Made by a program: the position numbers and the translations under genes | Part shown: positions 1 to 11,999 of the stretch, one piece after another | Layout of the letters: every line of letters begins with the position of its first letter | How positions within the stretch are numbered: position 1 is the stretch's first letter | The notes under the pieces: generated by a model | What the model was told of the DNA's origin: nothing | The model's input: the letters and a program-made list of their open reading frames with translations, nothing else | The model's database searches: none | Source of the DNA: Vicugna vicugna | Lineage: Eukaryota | NCBI GenBank assembly: GCA_013265495.1 | Contig: MU063155.1 | Coordinates: forward strand, 62,001 to 126,000 | DNA length: 64,000 nucleotides | Direction: 5' to 3'

Positions 1-13
1 CTCTCCACCTACA

Positions 14-392
14 TCTTAGTCAGCTCAGGTTTCTATAACAAAATCCCATAGACTGAGTGGCTTAAATAGCAGGCATTTATTTCTCACAGCCCTGGAAGCT
101 GGGAAGTCCAAGGTCAAGGCACTGGCACATTTCGTTACCACTTCCTGCCTTGCAGACAGCCACCTGCTCCTTATATCCTCACAGGGTCTCCTCTTGGTGT
201 GAGTGTATGTGGGCTCTGGTGTCTCTTCCGCTTCTGATAAGTGCACTAATCCCATCATGGGGGCCACACCCTCATGACCTCATCCAAACCTAATTACCTC
301 CCAGTCCCCACCTCCTAATATCACCACACTGGGGATCAGGACTTCAGCATGTGAATTTGATGGGAGGAGGCACAAACATCCAGTCCATAAGA
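14..392 (-). mobile_element. MLT1A-like MaLR LTR
   Basis: The reverse complement (ttatggactggatgtttgtg...gaggtaattaggtttggatgaggtcatgaggg...atgatgggattagtgc) matches the MLT1A-type consensus as recalled. Confidence 0.8.
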
Positions 393-2589
393 ACCTGTGT
401 CTCTGATTTTCTATGCATATCAGATTCATGCTCGAGACTCAGCTGTTCCCCACAAGACCAAAACCATGTCTGCTTACAGCTTTGAAAGTGTATCCTCTCT
501 AATTCTGGATTGAAAAAATCTCTGGGAAGTCTCCTGATTGGCTTTTCAGGCCCTTTGCCCTTTCCTGGCCCATCACTTTGGCCAAAAGGACAAGGCTATT
601 ATGACCAGCCCAAGCAGGTCACATGCTCATCCCCACGGCCACACGATGGCTGGAGTGGGGAAGAAGCTTGCCCCCCAGATGGGGAGTGCTGTTGTAGGCA
701 ATCCAGACGATAAATGCCCATTGCAAAGGGAGCTGGAAGTGGAAAGGGGTGAAGTGGAGACTCCTGGGGGTGCCTAGAAATAATTCAAGGGACTGGAAGG
801 CCTGGAATAACATCTTGTAATTCAAAGAAATGCTATTTGTTACTATTATCATAGAGGCTGGGGTGCCCTGGGACTCTGATATCTACAATTTATTTTGAAA
901 TACTTCAGCACTGGTAGTGTGATCTAAATGTTATTCAGTCCCTTTTAATCTATACCCTAGAGGAGGCCAGTTGCCCTAATGAGGGCAACTCCAGTGGTGG
1001 TGATTAATCAGAAGGCCACACACCAGAGGAGCCCCCACATGTACTTCAGCTACCTTTATCTCTAATCAGCGCCAGAGGTTTTGTTCACTAGCATAATGAG
1101 TGGAGAGATGGGTTTTCATTGGTGAAGCATAGAGGAACCCCACAAACATACGGAAACAGGGTATTAGAATCTGGTGAATCTTTACTCCTTCCCTGTTAGG
1201 AATGTTGCCCACCGTGCAGCTGCCCGTTCTGGAGAATGTGGGCCAATGTGAGTCTGACTAGATGTTTCACCAATCGCACTATGCACAGGCCCACAGAATC
1301 GCACAGCTGGAGCTTTGGCAGAAGTGGGAAGCAAGCCCTCATCTTATGACTGCTGAGCCACACAGCACGGGTCCTCTTACAGCCCCATGATTCAGCAGTT
1401 CTCAAATCTGGGCTCCGAATAGGCAGAGATGAGGTGCAAGCACCGTGCAGTGATGGCCCAAGAAATTGTGGCCACACTCAGGGCCTACATTCACACGGCT
1501 CCTTGACTAGGAATCCAGGGTAGAGAGGAGGGTGCTGAGATCCTTTGCTCCCACTTGGGTGGGGCCCCCATGAAGAGGAGAGACACAGGCCAGCAACAGG
1601 GACTTCTCACCTGGGCAGACCCATACGTGTGCAGGCTCACACATGTGTCTGGGCCTCAACCCCGACCACAAAGGAAACTACAGCTGACCCACGATGTTAC
1701 AGTTCTGTGGGGCCACAGTGGGGAAGATGTGTGGTGCCGAGGCTTGCGCTTAAGATCCCTGGCTGCGACACAGGATCTGGCCTTGCCTCCTAGCTTCAGA
1801 ACACTGCTGATTCGTGCATCCACTTTAGAGAAGTCACCCCACTGAGAGGTGCTTTCAGTTCCCATGTGACTCACTGGCCTTGTGATCACCAGTCCCCTCT
1901 CTGCAAGCAGGGACTGTGGTTGACGTGAGCTCTCCATAGTGACAGAGTGTGGTGGTCATGGGGTCAGCAAGTGACCAGTCTAGCTGACTCTGTCTTTTCA
2001 TCCTTCCAGCTGGGTTGGACTTACTCCAGCAGAAGCTATTGTGCCCCCCGGGTGGGACCGGGATTGGGCAAGTCTAGAGGGTAGGTGAACACAAAAGAGT
2101 GAGAAGGACCTGTCTCCAGGGTCTCCAGCCAGGCTGTCAGCACCACAGAGGAAGCAGCCAGACAGAGCCCTGAAGCAGGGCTGGGATTCCCTGCAGAAAG
2201 CAGGAAAATGCTCACGAGGTGGGCAGACGTTGCAGGGGAGCAGCCCCTTGGCTGCGCAGGAGGCCTGTGGAAGTGAACAAGGAAGAGCTGTGAGGTGGTA
2301 ACTTTTCTTGATAAAGACCTTAAAGACCCAGCAGAGGGTCTTGTGCCTGTGACTTCCTGTGGCATTCAGGGACCTCCATAATAGGAGGGAGAAAAAGATA
2401 CAGGGTATAGACCACCTGCATTCTAATCTAAGCTCAAGATCCATCACTTGGGTCACTTTGGAAAAGTTCTTGACCCATCTGGGCCACAGTTTCTTCATGA
2501 GCAGAGTCAAGCAAATGGATTTCAAACTGGGTTCCTTGGAGCCCAAGGGTTCTGCAGACCTACCTTAGGGTTTGCCGTTGGGAGAGAGC

Positions 2590-3010
2590 CTGTGCTGTCC
2601 AATTCAACTATAAAATAAGCCACACATGCAATTTTAAATTTTTTAGTAGCCACATTTTTTAAAATCTAAAAATAGGTAAAATTAATTTTCATAATATCTT
2701 TTACTTGATCTAATGTATCTAAAATATTATCATTTCAACATGTAACCAATTTATTACATTAAAAAAATTTTTTTAATGGAGGTACTGGGGATTGAACCTA
2801 GGACCTCATGCATGCTAAGCATTGGGGATTGAACCCAGGACCTCATGCATACTGAGCTATTACCCTCCCTGCTTATTACATTTATTAGTAAGATATTTTA
2901 CATTCTCTTTTTTCCTGCTAAATCTTCAATATCTGGCATGTGATGTGTACTTAAGCACATCTCAGTTGGCATCAGCCACATTTCCAGAGCCCAAAAGCTA
3001 GAGTTGTGTA
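2590..3010 (+). mobile_element. MER33-like hAT-Charlie DNA transposon interrupted by a SINE
   Basis: gctgtccaat...ataagccacacatgcaattttaaattttttagtagccacatt...aaaatattatcatttcaacatgtaacc...agatatttttacattc...gcacatctcag...gccacatttc follows the MER33 layout. Confidence 0.75.
2761..2872 (-). mobile_element. tRNA-derived SINE (camelid vic-1-like) with internal 37-nt duplication
   Basis: Minus strand reads gggagggtaatagctcagt...cctgggttcaatcccc...cctaggttcaatccccagtacctccattaaaaaaa. 10-bp TSD TTATTACATT at 2751-2760 and 2873-2882. Confidence 0.8.
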
Positions 3011-3479
3011 CCTGACCTGTGAAGAGGGAAGCAGAATCGGGCGTTAAGAGAAGACCTCCACCTGGTGGACAAAATAGGAAAGTACTTGGGAGATTGAAGG
3101 ATTAAAATGTTTTTGGACTGAACTGTCACATTTATTTTCTTGATTCAATAATCATGTGTAACATCTATAATGTATGCATAGCAAGGGCCTTTGGAGAGAG
3201 CACATACAAATCAGATAAGCAGATCAAGGCCAAATTCCCGAGGAATTTAGGAGAACTGATAACGGACTCCCTCTCTTCTGGGAAGAGAGAGTGTGGACTA
3301 TTTTTTCAAGGAATTTTGCTGTGAAGGGGAGGGGCATGCAAGGGATGCGGCACAGACTCAAGGGTGTTTTAAATGGCAAAATATATTTGGACAACAGTAC
3401 AGGCTGCAGAACAATTGTCATGATCAGAACAAAGGAACCAGATGCATTCAAGAGGCAGAAAGCAGAGCTGATCAGGAAT

Positions 3480-3610
3480 ACAGACCTTGGAGCCAGCTTT
3501 GCTGCTTCCCGGCTGTGTGCTTTGGACAAATTACTTACCTCCTCATGCCTCTGTTTCTTCATCTATACAATAGTACCTGCCTCTTGTGTTTGCAGTGTGA
3601 TGAGTTGTGT
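3480..3610 (+). mobile_element. MIR fragment
   Basis: MIR core: ggctgtgtgctttggacaaattacttacctcctcatgcctctgtttcttcatctatacaat. Confidence 0.65.
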
Positions 3611-4084
3611 TTGTTGTGAGGATTGATTCTTTTTTCAAAATAACATATATCAAATGCTGAGAATAAACATAAGAAAGTAGCTTTATTGTATTAGCTATAA
3701 TGATTCCTATATAATGGCCCTATAATTAGGATTCCTTTAGAGGGGCAGCGTTTCCTGTGAGTGCTCACACAGGGGTCCACCTTTTCCCCAGCGTGTTGAA
3801 GTTCGAATGCTATTATGTGACAAGTCTGAGAATTCTCTACTCAGAAGTGACAATATTATTTCAACAGAGGGCAGTGGCCAATAACATATTTCTCTAGCAT
3901 CTTCAAACTGAAACTGCCGAGAAGGCTGGCTTCCTGATTTGGTGGGGACATTCAGGACCCAGGCAGATCCAGCCCCTAGTTTTACCTCCTTCCTAGGGAA
4001 ATATGTGAACTTATCAGGATTCACAATTCTGTCTTTTCACTTTGATGCTGATGATTCAATGATCTCCTAATTTTTTCTTTTTCA

Positions 4085-4260
4085 GAATAATGGCTACCAT
4101 CTGTTGAGCCATTACTAAGTGGTAGTCACAGAGGAACATCCTAGTCCATTCCAACTCTGCAAGGTGAGTGTCTTCCCCATTTTACAGCTGAGAAAACTGA
4201 GGCTCCAGTGTCTTCCAGATTTGCCCAAATTACAGAATGACCTGGAGCAATTGTTTTACA
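4085..4260 (-). mobile_element. MIR fragment
   Basis: ccccattttacagctgagaaaactgaggctc is the reverse MIR core. Confidence 0.7.
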
Positions 4261-4281
4261 TACAAAACCTGAGCCCCTGAG

Positions 4282-4485
4282 CAGTGGTTCTCTATCTTGG
4301 CTAAACCTAGACTCATTTGGGTGGGAGGGGATGGAGGAGAGCAACTTTTTAAAAATCCTGGCGGTGCCAGCTTACACTCCAAGCCAATTAAACTGAAATC
4401 TCTGGCTGTGAGACCCAGACATTAGTGTTTTCAAACTCCCCAAGTGATTCCGTGGATAGCCCAGACTGAAAACCACCAGTTCTAA
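4282..4485. mobile_element. MER5-type hAT MITE
   Basis: cagtggttctc...aattaaactgaaatctctggctgtgagacccagacattagtgttttcaaactccccaagtgattcc...gactgaaaaccaccag. Confidence 0.65.
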
Positions 4486-4559
4486 AGATGTGGTTCTGGT
4501 CCCCAAGCTCAACTCATCCTCAGTATCACATCTGGAACATTTTTGCCAGCTGCTTAATT

Positions 4560-6130
4560 GAATGTTCCGCAGTCGTTGGTCCATGCTGAGTCCTTCTTTA
4601 TTTTGTTTTGTTAATTTTCGCCTTCATCACTCATCCCAGCCCATTCCCTTCCACACTCTTAGGTACTTCTCCCTCTCCAGTGTATTAATGTATATTCTTA
4701 CTGTCCACTTTCCACCCAGAATGTATATTTATATTCTTGAAAACTCCAGCGTGCCTGCGTTTGGTTTACATAAATGATATTATGCCATAAATGTCATTTG
4801 GAATACTTTTTAAAATTCAGCCTGATGTCTTTGAGCTACAACTGTGCAGCTGTAGTAAATGTATTTCTGATTGCTGCCTTGTCTTACTACATGTGCATGT
4901 ACTGCATTTTATGTATCCATTCCCCGGTGACAGACACCTAAGATGTCCCAAGTCTTTGCCGTCAAAAACAACACCGCAATGGGTATCTTCCCACCTGTCT
5001 CCTTATGGCCTGTGCAGGCTTTCTCTGGATGAGGAACCCAAGAGTGGAACTGCTGGATCAGAGGGTATTTGCAGCCTTACCTTCTCCCAGGTTGTCCTTC
5101 AAATGCTACATCAGTTCACTCTCCCACCAGCCTTGCCTCCAGAGTCCTCAGTTTCTGCATTCTCATCAACCCTTGATATGCTGACTTTCTAATTTTTGCC
5201 AAATATATGGGCAAAAAACTACGTCTTGCGGCTTTAATTTGCATATACCTGATTGCTATGGAAATTTCCTCATTATGGACTTGAATTCAAAGGGCTGTGC
5301 AAAGGGCAGCTTCCATCCAAGAACTGGTAAAAATTCCTGACAGATATATAGCTCTTCACCAGGTGACCATGTATTTTAGTATATCTGTTATTTCCACCAG
5401 CCCTGGGATGTACACACAGCAGACGGGACTCAGAGGGTTGAATGACAGAATAACTGGTCATCCAGCCAGTTAGTATTAGAACCAGGATGAGAATCCAGGT
5501 GTCCTGACCCTTCTCCAAGGCTCTTCCTACTCGACTGTGTTATACCCAGAGCCCATCAAGAAAAGATGGCCTTTCCCTCAAAGCACAAGTTGTGAGAGAG
5601 CTGGGAATTTCATTTTTCTGTTTTGTTTCTTTAATCAATTTCAGTGAAGTATCATTCACATACGATAAAATACACTCATGTTAAATGGGCGTTTCCAGGA
5701 GTATACACCAGTGTAACTACCACCAATAAAGATAGGAAACATTCCTGATACTCCCAAAAGTTCCCTTGTGATCACCCATCTTCCCACATAATCACCCACC
5801 CAGGCAAACTCTGATTTGCTGTCTGTTGATGTAAATTAGATTTGTCTTTTCCAGAGCTTCTGTCACTATAGATTAGATTTGTCTTTCCCAGATTTTCCAA
5901 ACTTTCCTTCAGAATATGTACTCTTTTTGTGTTATTCAGCATAACGTTTGGGAGATTCACCCATATTATTGCGTATATTAGTAGTTTCTTTTTGTTGCTG
6001 ACTAGCATTTCATTGTATGACTATACCACAATTTATTGGTCCCCTAGTTGGTGGACATTTGGTTGTTTCCAGTTTGGGGGTATAATGATTAAGCTGCTAA
6101 AAAACTTTAAGACTTTTAAAGACTTTTCCA
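4560..6130 (-). mobile_element. Old L1M 3' fragments with an intervening MIR
   Basis: Degenerate L1 3' UTR phrases, e.g. gtgaagtatcattcacatacgataaaatacactc, ggagattcacccatattattgcgtatattagtagtttc, tggacatttggttgtttccagtttgggg. Confidence 0.6.
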
Positions 6131-6185
6131 AGTCTTTGTATGGAGAAGAGGGCCAGGACCAGGTGGAAGAATCTAACACACAATT

Positions 6186-6556
6186 AAAAAAAATTTTTTT
6201 TATTGAAGTGTAGTTGATTTACAATGTTAGTTTTAGGTGATCCAGTTATACATATACATACATATATATATTTTCTTTTCAGATTCTTTTCCACTATAAG
6301 TTATTAAAGAAATTGAATATAGTTCCCTGTGCTAACAGTAGGGCCTTATTTATCTATTTTATATATAGTAATGTTTGTCTGTTAATCCCTAACCCCTAAT
6401 TTATCCCTCCCTGCCCTTTCCCCTTTGGTAACCATAGTTTGTTTTCTATGTCTGTGAGTCTGTTTTTGGTGTGTAAATAGAATTTGTATCATTTTTTTTA
6501 GATTCCACATAGAAGTGATATCATATATTTGTCTTTCTCTTTCTGACTTACTTCAC
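6186..6556 (-). mobile_element. Laurasiatherian/camelid L1 3' end, running into an assembly gap
   Basis: Poly-T tail, then tttattgaagtgtagttgatttacaatgttag...ttccctgtgct...tttagattccacatagaagtgatatcata...tctgacttacttcac. Confidence 0.8.
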
Positions 6557-6764
6557 NNNNNNNNNNNNNNNNNNNNNNNNNNNNNNNNNNNNNNNNNNNN
6601 NNNNNNNNNNNNNNNNNNNNNNNNNNNNNNNNNNNNNNNNNNNNNNNNNNNNNNNNNNNNNNNNNNNNNNNNNNNNNNNNNNNNNNNNNNNNNNNNNNNN
6701 NNNNNNNNNNNNNNNNNNNNNNNNNNNNNNNNNNNNNNNNNNNNNNNNNNNNNNNNNNNNNNNN
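6557..6764. other. Assembly gap (208 N)
   Basis: Run of N. Confidence 0.99.
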
Positions 6765-6905
6765 ATGTAAGACACAAAATTTAAGGAGGCACTCACTCTT
6801 AAGTTCAGGAAAGTGCCAATTCTGCACTTTCATGGACCTAAGAGTGAGTGCCTCCTTAAATATCACACGCAGCTCCTTGCTTTCCATACCCCTGTCCTGG
6901 AACTG
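6765..6905. mobile_element. MER96-like palindromic hAT MITE (left end lost in the gap)
   Basis: aaaatttaaggaggcactcactct...agagtgagtgcctccttaaa, a perfect 23-bp inverted repeat; resembles the recalled MER96 consensus. Confidence 0.7.
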
Positions 6906-7199
6906 ATGAACAGATGTTTTTGTTGTAGAGTTTTAACTGTAAACTAAGCGTTCAAGAGCAGAGCCAGAGTCTGAGTTTCTCCAAGAGTGATCTGAAGACC
7001 CCTCTTGCAGCCTGATCACCTGCAGAGTATGTTAGGTCCCTGCCCCTCCCCACTACCTACTGCCTCAACATTTCTGGGGCAGGGGCCTGAGGATTTGCAT
7101 GTTCAATACAACATGATACTTTGTACACTAAAGTTGTAAAGGCACTGCTGTGGGCAACGGATAATCATTGAAGCTTTTTGAGCTGAAAAATAGCAGGAT

Positions 7200-10100
7200 C
7201 AGAGCTTTTTTTGTTTGTTTAGCTTTGAAATAATTGTCAATTCGTAAGAAGTTGTAAAAGCAGTATAGAGAAATCCCACCTAACCTTCACTCATTTTTCT
7301 CCACTGGTTACATCTTCCAAAAGTATAGTATAATATCAAAACCAGGAATTAGATGTTGGCACAATGTGTCTGTATAGTTTTGTTTCATTTTGTCACATAC
7401 CTAGGTTCCAGTAACCACTACCTCAATCAAGATACAGAACTATTCCGTCATCACAAAGATGTTGCTCCTGCTACGCTTTTATAGTCAAACCTGCCCCCAC
7501 CACCCCTAACCCCAGCAACCACTGATTTGCTTTCTATCTCTATGATTTTGTCATTTCAAGAATGTTATGTAAATAGAATTACACAATCACAGTATATGAC
7601 CTTTTAAGATTGCATTTTTTAACTAATCATAAAACCCCTGAGATCTATGCAACTTGTTGCATATACCAAAAACTTGTTCCTTTTTATTACTGAGTAGTGT
7701 CCCATGGTGTGGAATTTGGCCATTTACCTATCATGGGACATTTGGATTATTTCCAGTTTGGGGCTATTAAGAATTAATTTTCTATAAATATGCAGGTATT
7801 GGTTTTTGTGAGAACCTAAGTTTTCATTTCTCTGGGATAAATACCGAAGAGTATGATTTTGGATCAGTTCAGTTTTTTTGAGATGGTCATACTCTTTTCC
7901 TGAGTGGCTATGCCATTTCATGTTGCCAACAGCAATATATGAGAGATCTGGTTTCTCTACATCCTTGCCAGAATTTGGCATTGCCACTACTTTTTATTTT
8001 AGCTTTTCTGATAAGTAGGTAGTGATAGCTCATCACAGTCTTAATTTGTATTTCCCTCATGGCTGGTGATGTTGAATATCTTTTCATGTGCTTATTTGCA
8101 ATCTGTATATGCTCTTCAATGCAATGTCTCTCCAAGCTCTTTACACATTTTTAACTGAATCATTTGGTTTTTTACTGCTGACTTTTTGAGGATTCTGTAT
8201 ATATTCCAGCGACAGGTCCTTTGTCTGATATGTGGTTTGCAAATTCTTTCTCAGTCTGTAGCTTATCTTAACAGGATCATTTGCAGAGCAAAGAGTTTCC
8301 ATTTTGATGAAGTCTAATTTAAGTCTTTTATTTATGCTTTTGGTGTTATGTCTAAGAACTCTTCACCAAGCTTTAAGTACTCCAAATTTTTCTTCTAGAA
8401 GATGTTATAATTTTACATACACATTTATATCCATGATGCATTTTGAGTTAATTTTTGTATAAAATCCAAAGTTGTTTTCTCTCTCTCTCTTTTTCTTTTT
8501 CGGCCTATGAATATCCAAGTCCTCCAGCACCATTCGTTGAAAAGTCTATCCTTCCTCCAGTGAATTGCTTTTGCACCTTTGTCAAAAATAAGATGGTCAT
8601 ACTGGTGTGGGGCTATTTCTGGGTTTTCCTTTCTCTTCTATTAATCTTTGTGTCCACCCTTTGCCAGTACCACAATCTTAATTACCATAGCTGCACAGTA
8701 ATTCTTGAAATAGAGTGATTCCTCCCATTTCTTTCTTCTTTTTAAAAATATTTTAGTTATTCTAGCTCTTTTGCTTTAAATATATATTTATATTTATTTA
8801 TTTAAATATATATTTAATGAGAATATTTACTATTAATATTATTAATAAATATTAATATTTAATATATATTTAATAAGCATGAACTTGTCTCTGCCTACCA
8901 AAAACCTTGGGGGATTTTGATGGAAATTGTATTATAATTATATATTATTTGGGAGATAATTGACATTTTTCTATGATGAATCTTCCAACCCATGAATATC
9001 TCTCCATATATTTAGATCTTTTAAAATTTATTTCATCAACATTTTGTAATTTTTAGCATACATGCTTTGTACATTCGGTGATTTATGCACAAGTATTTCT
9101 TTTTTGAGAGAGAGATTGTAAATAACACTCTTTCATTTTGCTTTCCATGTGTTTACTACTAGTATACAGAAATACAATACATTTTTATTTGTTGATCTTA
9201 ATCTTGCAACTTTCCTCAGCTCACTTACTATCCTAGGAATTGTTTCAGTTTTGTTTTGTTTTTGGATATGATTTGGCATTTTCTTTGTGGACCCTTATGT
9301 CACCTGCTAACAGTTTTATTTTTTTCCCTTCCAATCTGTATGCCTTTTATTTCCTTTTGCCTAATTGTGCTGCCCAAGGCTTCCAGTACTATGCTGAACA
9401 AGAGTGGTTAATACAGACACCCTTGCCTAATTCTCAATCTTGTGGGGAAACGTTCAGTCTTTCATCATTAGTACGATGTTAGTGCTGGGTTTTTAATAAG
9501 TGTTTTTCTAATCAAGTTGAGGAAGTTTTCCCCCATCCCTAGTTCTTTCTGAGAGTTTTACCATGAATAGGTGTTGGATTTTGTCAAATGCTTTTTCTGT
9601 ACCAATTAATATGATCATGTGATTTTCCTTCTGTAGCCTTTTAATGTAGTTGCTTGCATTGATGAACTTCAAGTAATGAACCAGCCTTGCATCTCCGGAA
9701 TAAACCCAGCATTCTATCTGCTAATATTTAATAGAGGTTTTTTTCATTTACATTTGTGAAGGACATTGGTCTGTAGTTATCCTATGGGGTTGTTTTTTTT
9801 TTTTTTTTTGTACTATCTTCACAAACTGAGATGTGAAGTATTCTCTTTTTCTGCTTTCTGGCAAGGATTATATAGACTGGGTATCAATACTTCTTTAAAC
9901 ATTTGAAAGAATCTTCCAGTCAAATTATCTGGACCTGGAGATTTTTTTCTCAGGAGTTTTAAAATTATGACTTCAATTTCCTTAATAGTTATAAAGTTAT
10001 TCAGGTTGTTTATATCCTATTGGGCGAGTTGTGGTGGTCTGTATTTATTGAGGAATTAGTCTACTTCATCTAAGTTAAAGAGTTGTTTACACGATTTGGT

Positions 10101-10620
10101 TATTATCTTTGATGTCTGTAGGATCTGTTGTTATAGCCACTGTTTCATGTCTGATATTAGTACTTTGTGTCTTTCTCTTTTTTGATAGTCTTTCTAGAGG
10201 TATAATTACTTTCATTGATCTTTTCAGAGAACAAACTTTTGTGTTTTATTTCTCTGATATTTTTATGTTTCCAATTTTATCAGTTCTTCTCTTTATTTTT
10301 TCCTTCCTTCTGCTTAATTTGAGTTTATCTTGCTTCTCTTTTTCTAGGTTTTTAAGACAGAAGCCTAGGTTATTACGTGAGACATTTTCTCTTCTCTAAT
10401 GTAAGCATTTAGTGCTAAAAATTTCCCTCTCGGTGCTGTTTTAACTGTGTCCCACAAAGTTTGATATTGTATTTTCACATTTATCTCATTCAGTGTCTTT
10501 TTAATTCCCCTTTAGATTTCTTTGATCCTTGGCTTACTTAAAGGTGTGCTATTTATTTTCCAATAACTCACTCGGTGAAGATTTTCAGGCACAGTATTTT
10601 GGTTTACCATTTTTATCATA
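7200..10620 (-). mobile_element. Old L1M element (about 3.4 kb, decayed ORF2 3' part and 3' UTR)
   Basis: ORF track 7724-8135 (-) gives L1 ORF2 C-terminal-like peptides (IQIANKHMKRYSTSPAMREIQIKT); continuous L1-like T-rich sequence. Confidence 0.8.
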
Positions 10621-11611
10621 TTCTTTTCAGCTGTTGATTTCATAGTGAGGGTGGGTTGGAAGGAAACCCACATCTTTATCATTGAAAGAGCCCAGAACTT
10701 TGTCAGCTAACTTGTGTTGACATGGAAATCTATGTGAAACCCCCAACACACACACAGGAACATACAACAACCTGCACATGAACACACATACGCACATACA
10801 CACACATATACCCATGGCATACTATACCCACACCTAACCAGCAGAGCTCAAATTCTCATTGTCAAAAAATGAGGCCAATAGCAGATACCACAGTAAATAA
10901 GAAACAGGAAAAGGAAGCTATTTAGGAAGAAAAAAGAAGTATTCAATCAGCATTGCATCTTTAAAAGAATTAGGTCAAACCAGAAACCTCCAGCGGAAAT
11001 AGAAGAGACATTTCAGAGTCTGGGTTGACTGTAGACAAGCTGAATTTCTTGTATTTCGGCAGCACCTGTCTTCCAAGTCAACTTCTTCCCCACTTCCCAC
11101 CATCCTTGTCCCATCACAACAAGGTCAATCCGACTAACTCTCCTTTGGAAAACTGAAAGGAAAAAGGACACTATACTTAAGACAACAATGGAATAGAAAT
11201 TCCAGGAACTAGCAAGGTATCAAGAAGAAAGAAAGCTACGTCCTGCAGACCAATTCATTGTCTGACAGATAATAATGTCCTTCTCAAAGGACGTGCGCTG
11301 AGAATCATAGACGTATTATATTTATGTTTATATGCACTATATATAAATAAGTAAGTATGTTTATGAAATCTTCCCCTATCCATTTGATAACTATTTCTGT
11401 CTTTGAGGTTTTATGGTTTCATTTATTACATTTCAGTCTACCTAGAACTTCATACGGTTGTAGCTTTATAATATGTTTACATACTGGCAGTGTCTAGGGT
11501 CCCCTCAGCAGCTAAGCCATGAAACTGAATCTTTGGGCTCTTAGCTCCAAAATTCCAGAGCGGGAGGCAACTTCACCTCCCCGTATAAGCTAAGGGCACC
11601 CAATCAATTTA

Positions 11612-11790
11612 GACCAGGGTTTCTCAACCTCGGCACTATTGCCATTTTGGTAATTTTCTCTCATGGGAGTTTGTCCTATTTGTCAGCATCCCTGGCCTCT
11701 ACCTGCTAGATGTCAGCAGCCCCCACAAGCTATGATAACCAAAAATGCCCCCTAGACACCACAAAACTGTCCCTAGTGAACGCCAGTTCT
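11612..11790 (+). mobile_element. MER20 hAT-Charlie
   Basis: ccagggtttctcaacctcggcactattgccattttgg...agcatccctggcctctacctgctagatgtcagcagc...gataaccaaaaatg. Confidence 0.8.
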
Positions 11791-11799
11791 TTAGACATA

Positions 11800-11995
11800 T
11801 GCCTCTTTATTTCCTGCTCTGGATACTGTGCAAAGCCATGATGTTTGGTGCCCTAGCAGCCATCTTGCAGTCATGAGGAATGATACTACAGAGGTGCTGA
11901 GGCCAGTGCAAGAGACTGAAGGGGCCTTAGTTCTTGATGACATTGCCGAATTACTGCACCAACTCTAGCATTACCTTCCTATAGGAAATGAACAG
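11800..11995 (-). mobile_element. Old MLT1 LTR fragment
   Basis: ccatgatgtttggtgccctagcagccatcttgcagtcatgagg is typical of old MLT1 subfamilies. Confidence 0.55.
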
Positions 11996-11999
11996 CTTC

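Noticed and set aside
400-1360. Possible MaLR/ERVL internal sequence next to the MLT1A LTR
   Set aside because: The position is compatible, but I could not identify a PPT, a second LTR or a convincing pol peptide. It needs RepeatMasker.
1998-2546. 182-aa minus-strand ORF
   Set aside because: No recognisable domain or codon bias. It overlaps a MIR-like stretch, so it is probably a chance ORF.
3053-3071. CTCF-like near-palindrome (TGTCCACCAGGTGGAGGTC on minus)
   Set aside because: It mismatches the highly constrained final C of the GGC core, so it is too weak to call without ChIP data.
5835-5892. 21-nt direct repeat (attagatttgtcttt...ccaga) with a 37-nt period
   Set aside because: A local slippage duplication within a decayed L1. 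There are only two copies, so it is not an array.
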